Below are positions 39,163 through 52,786 of a stretch of DNA of 64,000 bases, piece after piece. The notes under the pieces are model-generated. The model worked only from the letters and a program-made list of their open reading frames with translations. It did no database searches and was not told where the DNA came from. Numbering within the stretch: position 1 is the first letter of the stretch; the number at the start of each line of letters is the position of its first letter. The position numbers and the translations under genes were made by a program. Source of the stretch: Octopus vulgaris (taxonomy: Eukaryota); NCBI GenBank assembly GCA_951406725.2, contig OX597819.1, positions 74,400,001-74,464,000 on the forward strand, written 5' to 3'.

Positions 39163-40847
39163 GTACACTAGCTGGCTACTGGCTAGCCCGCTAAATTGAT
39201 AGATAGATTTTTTTATGAAATGGCCCCTATTTAACATATAGGAGCCGCAGCAGATGAATTTGATATTGGCCGCGGCAGTAGCAGCAGTGGAGGCGCAATG
39301 GCCTAGTGGTTAGGGCAGCGGACTCGCGGTCGGAGGATTGCGGTTTCGATTCCCAGACCGGGCGTTGTGTGTGTTTATTGAGCGAAAACACCTAAAGCTC
39401 CACGAGGCTCCGGCCAGGGGGTGGGAGGTGGCGAGCCCTGTTGTACTCTTTCGCCCCAACTTTCTCTCACTCTTTCTTCCTATTTCTTATCCCCGACTTC
39501 CTACGCAACCGCTGAGCCTGGATGAGCATTCATCCATCCGTCGATGCTCTCGGTGTCGGGGTTTGACCTGCTTTCTCTTCTGCGGGTCTTACGAATAGCA
39601 AAGGACCACATTTCGGACTTCTCACCACTCTGAGACGAAGACCGCTTCGCTCAACAAACAAACAAACAAACAAGCAGCAGTAGCAGTTTCGATAATGCCA
39701 TTCCAGCTAAAGCGCCCCACCCCCATATATCCTTCTCAAGAAATGAAAGGCAATATTTTTTTGTCTCATAGTTGATCATGAGCAGCGTTAGCCTGTCTAC
39801 AGGAGAGACGTTAAAGAGGGAAATATGTCGCCGTAGGAAATAGAAACCGGATCGCATACTTCGTTCACTTCACACACAAGACCGTAAATATTCTTTCCTA
39901 CTCTAGACATAAGGCCCGAAGTTTTGGGGGAGGGGCCAAGTCGATTAGAGCGATCTCAGTACGCAACTGGTACTTAATTTATCGACCCCGATAAGGATGA
40001 AAGGCAAAGTCGACCTCGGCAGAATTTGAACTCAGAACGTAAAGACAAACGAAATACCTATTTCTTTACTACCAACAAGGGGCTAAACACAGAGTGGACA
40101 AACAAGGACAGACAAACAGATTAAGACGATTATATCTACCCCAGTGCGTAACTGGTACCTATTTAATCGATCCCCGAAAGTATGAAAGGCAAAATCGACC
40201 TCAGCAGAATTTGAACTCAGAACGTAGCGGCAGAAGAAATACCTATTTCTTTACTACCCACAAGGGGCTAAACACAGAGAGGAAAAACAAGGACAGACAA
40301 ACGGATTAAGTCGATTACATCGACCCCAGTGCGTAACTGGTACTTATTTAATCGATCCCCGAAAGGATGAAAGGCAAAATCAACCTCGGTGGAATTTGAA
40401 CTCAGAACGTAGCGGCAGACGAAATACGGCTACGCATTTCGCTCGGCGTGCTAACGTTTCTGACAGCTCGACGCCTTCAAGAAGGTAAATATCATTTACG
40501 TAATACATTCGTAGATCGCATCTAAATGTTTATTAATCTCCCATAAACAAGAAATGTCAGTCTCGCTGTTGTTGATGTTGCGTGTGTGAGCACGTACGTT
40601 TCATATTTTGTGTGTGTATGTGTCTGTGTCTGTCGTTTTCAATCTGTGTACATATGTGCATATGTACATGTATATATGTATTTATAAATAAATAAATAGT
40701 GTGTGTATACACATACACACGTATGTAGAGATAGATAAATTTATGTGTATATATATATATGTATATATATACACACATATATACAAACATATACACCCAG
40801 GTATACTCATACATACTTAAAAACATATATAGAGACATATATACACG

Positions 40848-40897
<50 letters not shown>

Positions 40898-40936
40898 CAT
40901 ATATACATGCATATATATATACATACATATATACAT

Positions 40937-41000
<64 letters not shown>

Positions 41001-41449
41001 CAGACATTTATCATTTGCTGTGGTTGTTTGTATCTCTGGAATGAGGAAATACCGTCCAAAAGATTACAGATCCGTCGAATCAGCAATATGACTGCTGTTT
41101 CCTGTTGTACTGAGCTCACTTTTATGTCACAGCAAGCCAATTACTACTACTACTACTACTACACACCATTATCACAGTCCAGACAAAAGCAATTAATATA
41201 AACTATCTAAATATAATAACCAAAGATTGAGGCCATGGGTTTTATAAGTAATTATTATGGCGGCATTTGTCTGATAGCGATGGACTGCTTATTTGCATGA
41301 TGGTGATGATGATGATGATGATGAGAGTTGTGGTGTTCTGCTAACTACATTCGACTTAATCCCCTCGCGTGGCCATTACAGATACTCCTGTCAGCAATGG
41401 TCTCATGATTGTCTAATGTGTAGACAGGCATCATGTATGTATATATGTA

Positions 41450-41506
<57 letters not shown>

Positions 41507-41524
41507 TCTTCTGTTTTTAATTAT

Positions 41525-41830
41525 TTAAATTCTTCCCCTTAGGAGGGAGGAGCTGGTTTCTAACAAAGATTGAAAGCTCCATCGTTGAATTGTAGATAAT
41601 AAAAACAATATCATTTTAAACTTGACAAAAGTCCCGCAGATTTTTATTGTTCCACTTACGGATTGTATTTGTAATGTGAGAGTTGATCGGTTGATTTCTT
41701 TTTCTGAAAACCTTAGCTTATCCAGATTGTCACTTAGGTATTTACTCACAAAGCCAAGTACACAGATTATTATTGGTATAAATATGTGAAATTTATAATC
41801 TGGATATAGAAGCTGGAGGTTTCGTCTGTA
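41525..41830 (-). mobile_element. REL-endonuclease (R4/Dong/NeSL-like) non-LTR 3' end
   Basis: RNLQLLYPDYKF..IPIIICVLG...LQIQSVSGTIKICGTF*, followed by a short UTR. Confidence 0.6.
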
Positions 41831-41837
41831 TGCATAC

Positions 41838-41870
<33 letters not shown>

Positions 41871-41894
41871 TGTATGTATGTATGTATGTATGTA

Positions 41895-42185
41895 GTCATA
41901 AAGCAAGGCCGATGGTTGACTACCAGGCCGCTGGTGGTGGTGGTGGTGGTGGTGGTGCTACACACCATACTAATCATATCTATCGGGCATGTAGAAGGGA
42001 GTGTGATTCGGCAGGAGGTCTTAAACGACATGCAAAGGTACATGAAGCCCAGTTACAACTACAGCCAGCAATTGCCAGTAAAGGTTTGGGCTGCCAATTC
42101 TGTACGAGACATTGTAGATCTTTAGCTGGGCTAAAAAGTCACATTCGTGCAATGGCCATACTCGATAACGAGGAGGCAGCCATCA
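41895..42185 (+). mobile_element. RTE-like LINE 3' end with two C2H2-like fingers
   Basis: ACRRECDSAGGLKRHAKVH...CQFCTRHCRSLAGLKSHIRA, then tail TACTCGATAACGAGGAGGCAGCCATC. Confidence 0.55.
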
Positions 42186-42213
42186 TATATATGTGTGCAT
42201 GCATGCACATGTG

Positions 42214-42351
<138 letters not shown>

Positions 42352-43401
42352 CGAGTATGTGCGTGCGTATGTCACATTATCTCAGTTGTTTATCTCTTCG
42401 AAAGGTCAATCCAGTTTACAAAATTCGTCATTTGATATTTTTACTGCTGAATATAGAATTTCTTAAAATTGCTAAATATTGCCACTATTTTATATTTTCC
42501 TCATTTAGCTTTGTTTGGAGAGAGTGTAGTGAGAGGGGGCGTTACAAACGATACCTTGCGGTATTTAAGTCTTTTTATATTCTGAATTAAAATCCCGTCG
42601 AGATTCACTTAGTCTTAAATTACTTCAAGATGACAAAAAGAAAAAGAAAAGTATAAGACTAGCGATACATTATTAGTGAAGGTGCGCGGTCTGGTTGGTT
42701 AGGATGTTGCACTCACGATCGCAAGGTGGTGATTTCGATCCCCGAGCTTGGTGGTACGTTGTGTTCTTAAGCAAAACACTTCATCTCCCATTGCTCCAGT
42801 CCACTCCGATGCAAATGAATAACTTCGCTACGGACTGGCATCTCATCCAGGGGCAATGGTGTGATCCTTGTCAATTTTCTTTTCTACTCTAGGTACAAGG
42901 CTCGAAATTTTGGGGGAGGGGGCCAGTCGATTAGATTGACCCCAGTACGTAACTGGTACTTAATTTATCGACCCTGAAAGGATGAAAGGTAAAGTCGACC
43001 TCGGCGGAATTTGAACTCAGAATGTAAAGACAGACGACATACCGCTAAGCATTTCGCCCGGCGTGCTAACGTTTCTGCCAGCTCACCGCCTTGTGATCTC
43101 CGTCACTTACACACCACAGAAACCGGGTAACCGGCCCAATGAATCTGAGAACTCAAAGACAGGAATGTTCAAGAGGCTTACCTTAATGCTTCGGTGGTTA
43201 CGATTAGTAAATTGGTAAGTTAATAACACTGAGATTATCTATTATTATTTCACCCGCCGATACGTTCAAATTCCGATGAGGTCCACTTTTGCCTTTCATC
43301 CTTTCGGAGTCGATAAATTAAGTACCAGTGAATTGCTGGGGTCGATGTAATCGACTCATCTCCTCCCCAAACATAGCTGCCCTTGTGGAAAAATTTAAAA
43401 C

Positions 43402-43490
<89 letters not shown>

Positions 43491-43495
<5 letters not shown>

Positions 43496-43850
43496 TTGAC
43501 TTTTGCTTTACATTTGTACAAGTTGGCTCCAAGTCTCACCCAGAGACCTCAAGAGACAACAAGTTGGAAGTTCATGATGGTGTTATGCCTAGGGTGCCAT
43601 ATATTTGGTTTTGTACTTAGTGTTGTACTAGTGAATGTCTAAAAAGCCATACGAAAATTATCTTTGTTTTAAAACTTGAGATTACATAGAAAGTATTTTG
43701 CGTAGGATATGAACAGTTCCCATGAGCACTATCTTTTGAATTTCTGCCATTTTGTGGTTTCCTAGTATCTGAGTTAGGTAGCAATCAGCCCCTTTTGCTA
43801 TCATTCCCAGGGCACCTATGACAACAGGTATTGTTTTAGTCTTCAGATTC
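43491..43850 (-). mobile_element. R4/Dong-like non-LTR 3' end abutting (TAA)n
   Basis: NLKTKTIPVVIGALGMIAKGADCYL...IQKIVLMGTVHILRKILSM*, then a UTR and (TAA)n at 43403-43490. Confidence 0.8.
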
Positions 43851-44420
43851 ACATGATGGTGATGGTGATGATGATGATGATAATAATGTTAAGCATATGA
43901 ATGTGACATAATCTGTCAACTCCTTACCTTCACTTACTTCCTATCCTGCATCCTGGTTTGAATCTATCTTCACATTTTTTGTGTGCCACATTACCGTTGC
44001 ACCTCTATCAAAGAATATATCGTCGTAGCAGCATTTGGGCATAAGCCCCAAATGCTGGGCCTTATTAGTACCGTGGATCTCTCTTCGTGGAAACTCTCCG
44101 TCGACATAGCTTGAACCGCGTCCCAAAGACTAACCCTTATCTCTTTAGCGACAGAAGATATTTTCGCCCCAACACCTTCTGACACTCAAATGAAAACCAG
44201 AGTGGAGTATTGGTCTCATCTGGGGATGGTACTGCTGCTATGTACACTGATCCAGAGAAAAGTCACTCGACAGACTGGCATCCCATCACTAAGGGACACA
44301 CTCGAATTTCTGGCCTACAACTATGCCGTTTCCCGTTCTATATTTAAGAGATGAGAAATTGTGTACATTATTTACATTATTTACATTTGACGGATATTTG
44401 TCCTCATCTTGTTTGTTGTT

Positions 44421-44466
44421 AACACAACGTTTCGGCTGATATACCCTCCAGCCTTCATCAGGTGTC
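44421..44466 (-). ncRNA. minimal hammerhead motif in a PLE terminal-repeat remnant (44340-44635)
   Basis: GACAC-CTGATGA-a-GGCTG-gagggtatat-CAGCC-GAAAC-GTT-GTGTT. 44363-44418 is inverted at 44582-44634. Confidence 0.75.
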
Positions 44467-45701
44467 TTGGGGGAAATTTCGAACCTGGATTCTCATTCCT
44501 AAGGTATTTTTCGATGTTATTATTATTATTGTTGTTGTTGTTTTTGTTGTTGTTGTTATTATTATTATTACTATTATTATTCAACACAAAGATGAGGGCA
44601 AATATCTATCAAATGTAAATAATGTAAATAATGTATGTCGTTTCCTTTCGTTTTATTTTTTTTTCTATCGTTATTATAATGGTCTCTGCTACTCGGAACT
44701 GGTCTCGGGCTTCCACTTCTAATTCATCCCCGAGTGATTAAACAGTAACTGTACGGAAGCCCGTCGAATGAATTATACCTGTAATTTAAAAGGTACAGCC
44801 TTGTAACCCTGATTCTATCTGAGGAAAACGTTAACAGTACACGTGTCTGTGGAATACTCGGTTACTAACGAGGAGACAATTTAGTTGATTGAACGGCTGA
44901 ATCCTTGTCGTCGATACACTTGCGTAGCTAGAGTGTGTGCCGCCCGGATTACGAAATTTTTTCCCACGAGAGTTCCGGACCCCATTTATGAACTCATTTG
45001 CATACATTTATCAGAGCTCAACTATAAAACTAATTTATGAGCGCATAATAAGTGATGGGCGATAAGATAAGGTCACTTGGGTAAGGAATGGCCATGCTTC
45101 CTTTCTCTTGTTGTTCTTGTTTTTTGTTTCAATCATGGCCGCCTCTGCGTAATTATTCGTGTTGTTGTTTACTTTCTAAAACAGTAAAGGGAGAGGGTTG
45201 CTAGCACATCACCCTCTACCCACACTTTTCCCATCCACATCTTTACCATATGGGGCCCTAACAAAATCCGATAATAGGTATAGATGCAAATCTAATTACT
45301 TGTCTCCTTCTAAAATCAGGCATAACTTGGCCATCGGTCGACTTGCAACACTGTTCGTCTTGAGTTTACTCGGTAGAGCGTATTTTACCAAGAGATTGGT
45401 TGTTTTTAACACATTCACGAACGTTATGTTGGGCTTTGTGTCTGGGCATAATCTAAGAGCTGAACGGCACCTTTCCTTTCACACTTTTCAAACAATCCTT
45501 CAATGATCTGCCAGTACCAACACAGTTTCTGGCACCACCAACCATCTTTCTCTTGGATGCTGCGGTTGGTTGCACACCATTTGTCTTCATACTAACTAGA
45601 GATTTTCGGCAGTTCAAACTGACCGCTAACCAGCGGACCCCACAAAAAACACATTGCCTACAGCAATATCCTACAACAGGATGAAAAGTGCAGCCTCTTT
45701 A

Positions 45702-46070
45702 GGCGGACGTAAAGAATGCGGACCGCATCCCCTTTCGTTATTTGTTGTTTTTTTTTACAGAACCCCCCATTTTCGAGTACGGAGATTCTGATTCTGCAAG
45801 AAAAAAAAAACAGCATTTTAAAATTTTTATTTTTCTTTTTTTTTTTGCGAAATACGTAGAGAAATACGGAGATTATGATTCTAAAAAAATATTTCTGAAA
45901 AAGTGAAAATTGAAGAATTTGGTCGGTTGGGGATGGAGAAAATTAAGATTTTAAAATGCCGTTTTTTTTTTTTGCTTTTTTGCAGGATCAGAATCTCGGC
46001 ACTCGAAAATGGGGGATTCTGTAGAAAAAAAAATGAAAGTGGGGTGCGGTCCACATTCTTTATGTCCGCC
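45702..46070. mobile_element. foldback MITE-like inverted repeat (about 125-bp arms)
   Basis: GGCGGACGTAAAGAATGCGGACCGCA...CCATTTTCGAGT versus ACTCGAAAATGG...TGCGGTCCACATTCTTTATGTCCGCC. Confidence 0.8.
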
Positions 46071-46947
46071 CCCTCCCCCATTTAAAAGTGCAACCCGGGG
46101 TGGACCGCCCCTTCTGTCCAGCTCACCCACCCCCAGCTACGCTAGTGTGTCGATGAACGACGGATATCCACCACCACCACCACCACCACTACCACTATTA
46201 CATTTCCATCTATTACGTTTTTGTTTTTGTTTTGTTTTTGTTTTTTTCCTTCGTTATCTTCTTTTGGCAGATAACGAAAACCCCTTATGTACTTTCAACC
46301 TTTTGTCTTTATCTCACTTTTCGTTAACCAATGACAGCATAACACAAAAGTCACATACCATCTCGATGCCACCTCCATACCTCCTCCATATCATCTGTCG
46401 ACATCTTCATACCATCCTCCATACCACCTCAATACAATCTTCTTAGAGATCAACTTTCAAACCGACTTTCAAATCAGATCAGCTTTTACGAACCGACAAG
46501 AAGGGAGCCTCATCATGACTGTTCAACTGACAAGAAATAGCAGCCAGATCTTCCTTAAACCACACTCTACTGACTTAATACTGGACACACTGTGAAATTT
46601 AGTCCGGATTATACAATTTATGAAAACAAGCTGGATAGTCACGGCTGGAAAGTTTTTTTTTTAATCAGAAGTCAGCTTGGTCAGCACCGACTCGGGGCTA
46701 AACATCAACAAATTCTTTTCTACTCTAGGAACAAGACCCGAAATTTTTGGGGAAAAGGACCAGTCGATTAGATCGACCCGAGTACGCAACTGGTACTTAA
46801 TTTATCGACCCGAAAGGATAAAATTCAAAGTCGACTTCGGCGGAATTTGAACTCAGAACGTAGCGACAGACGAAATACCGCTAAGCATTTCGCCCGGCGT
46901 GCTAACGTTTCAACCAACTCGACGCTTTATTCGATATAGTTTTACAT

Positions 46948-47978
46948 CAGTAGTGCTCAGCCTTTCCTTTTGCCTATAGACCCCTTCGGTTCCTAGTCTA
47001 CTCGGGTGGGTCCTCACAGCCGTTCACTGTTTTTAAAAAAATTCTGTTATACTTTTATGATTAAATGTAAGGAATTCTATTGCAAAATTACTAATTACAG
47101 GCTTCTCAACCACATGGTTCCGGGTTCAGTCCCACTGCGTGGCACCTTGGGCAAGTGTCTTCTGCTATAGCTTCGGGCCCACCAAAGCCTTGTGAGTGGA
47201 TTTGGTAGATGGAAACTGAAAGAAGCCCGTCATATGTGTGTGTGTGTGTGTGTTTGTGTGTCTGTTTGTCCTCCCACCATCATTTGACAACCGATGTTGG
47301 TGTATTTACGTCCTCGTGACTTAGCGGTTCGGCAAAAGAAACCAATAGAATAAGTATTAGGCTTATAAGAATAAGTCCTGGGGTCGATTTGTTCGACAAA
47401 AGGCTGTGCTCCAGCATGGCTGCAGTCAACTGACTGAAACAAGTAAGAGAATATATACTCAAAATATATTACTCTTTTTGCCTGTTTCAGTCAGTTGATT
47501 ACAGCCATGCTAGAGCACCACCTTTAGTCAAACAAATCGACCCCAGGACTTATTCTTCGTAAGCCTGGTACTTATTCTATCGGGTCATTTTGCCGAACCG
47601 CTAGGTCACGGGGACGTAAACACACCAGCATCGGTTGTCAAACGATGGTGAGCGAACAAACACAGACACGCAAACACACACACACACACACACATGGCGG
47701 GCTTCTTTCAGTTTCCATCTACCAAATCCACTCACAAGGCTTTGGCTGGCCTGAGGCTATAGAAGAAGACACTGGCCAAAGGTGCCACGCTGTGGGACTG
47801 AACCTGGAACCATGTGGATGGCAAGCAAGCTTCTTACCACACACGCAGAAGTATATAACCAATTTATAGCAGATAAATTTTAACACCAAAATCTTATATG
47901 GACCCTCAACGGTCGAGTAGACCCCCGACAGTCATGTGGGCCCTTAAGGATCATGTGAACCCCAGTTGAGAATCACTG
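46948..47978. mobile_element. hAT (Charlie/MER5-like) element interrupted by two inverted family-B SINEs
   Basis: Ends CAGTAGTGCTCAGCCTTT and GTTGAGAATCACTG resemble a CAGTGGTTCTCAAC TIR; GACCCC subterminal motifs are present. Confidence 0.55.
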
Positions 47979-48105
47979 GGTTATATCAAGCTTTATTTCT
48001 AATAAAACCTTGACTTCTCTGCCGTTATTGAATCATCATCTGACAATATCATCGCATTACATTCACTCTCTCATTCCATCTCCCTCATCCCCTCTCTCTC
48101 GTTCC

Positions 48106-48156
<51 letters not shown>

Positions 48157-48272
48157 TCCTTCCTTCTTTCCTTCACATTTTCTCTTCCTTTGCTCCACTC
48201 GCAAAATACTAAATGGAAAAAGCATATAGTAATTTGCGAGTGTAGTGAGTTTTCATCACTAGCTGGTGATTA

Positions 48273-48319
48273 ACACACGCTGAGGACGGGGAACCATCCA
48301 GAAACTCGAGTTCGTGTGT
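48273..48319 (+). ncRNA. minimal type-I hammerhead motif
   Basis: ACACACG-CTGAGGA-cggggaaccatcca-GAAAC-TCGA-GTT-CGTGTGT. Stem I is a perfect 7 bp; stem III is palindromic AACTCGAGTT. Confidence 0.78.
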
Positions 48320-48474
48320 ATCACGTATGGCTAGGGATGGGAGCGATGACCTCCCCTGGCAAATACTAATCGGACACAGAATGTGTGTCGTTAGCCAGAT
48401 GGAAGAGATGTCTTCCTGGGGATATAAACGTCAGTGACACTGTCCTGTAAAGGACGCTACACTTGGTTGGCAGT

Positions 48475-48544
<70 letters not shown>

Positions 48545-48573
48545 GATAGATAGATAGACAGATAGATAGAAAG

Positions 48574-48684
<111 letters not shown>

Positions 48685-49034
48685 TAACAAAAGAGGATGG
48701 AACAAATATAGAGAAATTTGTTGTTGGAAATGTACCTGAATTTTAAAAAAATTGTAATTGTTTTTAGATAAATTTATTTACACAACCAAACTAGTTTCAA
48801 CAATATTTTGTGTTGATCAATAGTAAAAATTTAAAATAGCGAGGTAGAAAAACAGGTTTAAAAGATTCAATGTTTACAAGATTCAACAATATCAAATATG
48901 ATTTAAATGTTCACAGCATATAAAAAACGTGGATCATCTTGTTTAAATGCACAAAATTTAATCGTGTTAGAAGTGAGCGATAAGAAATGTGGATCACCAA
49001 AGTTCGGTCATACTGAGTTAAGAGGGAGAAAAAC

Positions 49035-49502
49035 AAGGAGGAAATGAAGATAATAAAATAAAAGGGTTTTGTTTCAGTTTCTGTGATTCATTTTCCGTCG
49101 TGTGCAGGCATTTTCGCTTGTAACGGCATTTTTTTTAATCCAATGTATTTATAATTTTTTCCGTGAACGGGTCTGACTTTTGATTCGTTAAAGTTCTAAT
49201 GACGTCTTATTTTTCTTGTGGTCACTTTTGTCATTCTTCCTGGTTGACTTCTCTGTGGGGAACGGTCATCAGCTCTTCCAGTTGGTTGATGCTCTTTTGA
49301 ATTAAACCGCAACTCTGAATCGCCATACAATAACACCATACAAACACCAGTTGGTGACGTCACCTAACTCAAGACTAATGGAATTTTACGTCCTATCAAA
49401 ACCGAACTTCAGTAAATACAACAAATTAAACCCATTTTACACAACGAAAAAAGAATCACAGAAACTGTAACAAAACCCTTTTTTTACTATCTTCATTTCT
49501 CT

Positions 49503-49505
<3 letters not shown>
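49035..49505. repeat. inverted repeat (about 65-bp arms), PLE-remnant-like
   Basis: GAAATGAAGATAATAAAATAAAAGGGTTTTG...CTGTGATTC versus GAATCACAGAAACTG...CAAAACCCTTTT...ATCTTCATTTC. Confidence 0.65.
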
Positions 49506-49562
<57 letters not shown>

Positions 49563-49565
49563 CTG

Positions 49566-49615
<50 letters not shown>

Positions 49616-50916
49616 TGTATGTATGTATGTATGTATGTGTGTATGTGTGTGTGTGTGTGCGCGCGCGCAAGAGTGACTGTGTAGTAAGAAGCTAGCTTCC
49701 CAACCACATGGTTCTAGGTTCAGTCCCAGTGCGTGGCAACTTGAACAAGTGTCTTCTATTATAGCCTTGGGTCAACCAAAGCCTTGTGAATGGATTTGGC
49801 AGGCGGAAACTGATAGAAGCCCATATATATTTGTATGTGTGTTTGTCCCCCACCATCGCTTGACAACCGATGTTGGTGCGTTTACGTCCCTGTAACTCAA
49901 TGATCCGGCAAAAGAGACCGATAGAATAAGTACTAGGCTTACGAAGAATAAGTCCAGGGGTCGATTTGTTCGACTAAAGCCGATGCTCTAGCATGGCCGC
50001 AGTCAAATGACTGAAACAAGTGAAAGAATAAATAATTTTATATATATATATACATATATATACATATACACACACACACGCGCGTGTGTGTGTGTCTGTG
50101 TGTGTGTGTGTATGTATATGTGTGTGTGTAATGTTAGTTGTTATGCATATCTTACAAAGTCAAAATCATAAATCGTCTGTCTTGAAATAATACCGGAAGT
50201 TTGAGGAATGTAATGTTGATGCCAGCGATCGAAATCTTCGTAAAACTGGACCAAGCTGTATTTGTAAATGCCTCTGTGACATTTACTGTGTCACAGCCAG
50301 GGGGAGGGGAAGTCCCCATCATTCCCTTCCCACACGCATCAGCTGACATACACTATCTGTTTGACATTAAAACGTCTGATTATAATCCCACTCTTTATGA
50401 ATTTGACCTGTTAACCAAGCAACAACAACAAAAATTAAGATGCTGGTGACGTTGTCAAGTTTGGTGGACACTATGGTGTCAAAGGTATGATGTTGGTTGG
50501 CCCGGTTTCGATTCTCGGTCGAAAACATTTTACTTACGTTTCTTAATGATCTTAGAGAGACTTCTGACGGTTTACTGTGCTTGAGAAAATAATTAAGATA
50601 AATAAAATCGTGGCTGTTCTTGTATACAACCATGTCGTCTATATTCCTCTCTCAGCCGACGGATTCTAGAGTTGATGCCACATAAAGCACCCGTAACGGT
50701 TTCTCGTAAAAGCGCCCAGTACCCTCTGTAAAGTGGTTGGCGTCGTTAAGAAGGGTATCCAGCCATAGAAACCATTCCAAAAATAGACAGATGGAACACG
50801 AGCAGCTCTCCACTGGCCAGCTTCTGCCAAACCGTCCTACCCATGTCAGCATGGAGAACGCACGCTAAATGATGATGACGACGACAACGACGATGATAAT
50901 GATGATGATAATGATA

Positions 50917-50954
<38 letters not shown>

Positions 50955-51739
50955 ATCTATGTTTACAGTAATCGCTCGTTGTGGGGCGCTGTTGTGTTAA
51001 GTAGTCACCCGCATCACACTTCTATCTAAGTTACTCTGGCCTGATGTGTATGGACAGTAGAAATGGACGCGGGCAGGTGTTGAATCGAAACCGGTTTCGG
51101 GTCCTGCTAGTTCCTATTTCATAACTAAACTCTCGTAAAAGGCATGATTGTGACATAATCTTTCATCTCCTGCCACTCCAGAATACCAGGTTTAATCGGT
51201 ATTTAATGCAAGGTGAAATGACAGAAACAATAGAACGTCCCGTTATCTTTGACCGGTTCTTTGCGGTTTGAGTTCAAATCCCGGCGTAGCGAAGTTTGCG
51301 GTTCGTTCTTCTGAGGTCGATAAAATAAATAACTATTGCAGGCAGTGAACTGGCAGAATTATTCGGGAATTGGACCAAATTCTTTGCTATATTTGCTCTG
51401 ATTCTTTACGTTCCAATTCCCTTTGGCATGGCAAGAGTTGTCTGTATTTAGTTGAGAAGAAGGCGTTTTCTAAAAATCACTGAAGAAAAGCAACAAAAAC
51501 CATCTTAGAATTCTTCAACAAAATAACCATCTTAGAATTCTTATCACGGCAGTTACCAAGTTACCCAAACGGTGGTACGATTGTAATTTCAATGCATGAG
51601 GTTGTAATATCAAATCGAATTTGAAATTATTTCATTTTCATATCCTTGAAGGTTACTTAATGTCTTTGAGAAAAAAAGGATGAAGATTACATAATTGTCT
51701 GTCTTTTATCTCAGTCTCCCCTCATTCACACACACACAT

Positions 51740-52741
51740 AACTGGTTTCAAAGACTCGATTTTAGGAATGTTGATACATCTGGCTTTCTCTAAGAGTAAT
51801 AGGGATGTAGACAAAGTGTTTTCAAGCAGGAATTGAAACCATATCGTGAAATTCAGATTCGAGTTGGGTCGTTTCCTCATCATTGGACTTCGTGTAACAT
51901 ATTCTGGGCGTATCTTGGGAGGAACACATCTCACGCCATGTTGTTCCTACGGGGAGATTCGAACTGAGGATTCCCAATTAACCAGCTTCAGCACATCTTA
52001 GCTAATAGACTGGAACCGGATTCCTTTGGAAATATAATTTCTTAGAAAACAAATGCATGAGAATGGAGAATGGGGATGTAAGGTGTTTGTTCATTTCTCA
52101 AGTTGTTAACAGCAACTGAAGTAAAGTAAAATAAAGTGGAATAGCTCCGGGTTGGTAGTGAAACCAGAATGCAGATTCCGCTCATAGTAAGCTTATTTCT
52201 CTCGCTAGATCTTTCGCCTTGGGTTCCTCAATAGAATGGTTTCAAAGTTTGGCACAAGGCCAGCAATTTTAGTGGAATTGAGAAGCTACTCAATTACCTC
52301 GATTGCAATGCTCAACTGGTACTCATTTTAAGGACCCCGAAAGGAAGAAACGCGAAGATGACCTCGGCGGGATTGGAACTCAGAACGTAAGCAGTTGGAA
52401 GAAATCCCAGCCAAGCATTTCGCCCGACCCATAGACGATTCTATCAGTTCGTCGCCTTCTTATCCTGTCCAAAATCATCTCTGGAAACAAACACAGACCT
52501 TATATGTGCAGCGAGGTAGAGAAATGGGAAGTACTGACGGTCATGAGTTTTGTTGCTGCTGTTTGCTAAAGTGGGAGGTTTATTTCGGAATCGAAAACCG
52601 GCTTCCGTTGCAAAGATGCTGTTTTTAGCATCGCTTTCGGTAAATCGGTGCATTCACTTTATAAAACGTTCATGCTAGTGTGCATTTATAAACAGATGGC
52701 ACTTACTATGCATATGTAATAGCTATGTATTATGATTATTA

Positions 52742-52786
<45 letters not shown>

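Noticed and set aside
48780-48830. GAAAC-TA-GTT with a stem II on the minus strand
   Set aside because: The core reads CTATTGA and no stem I can be formed.
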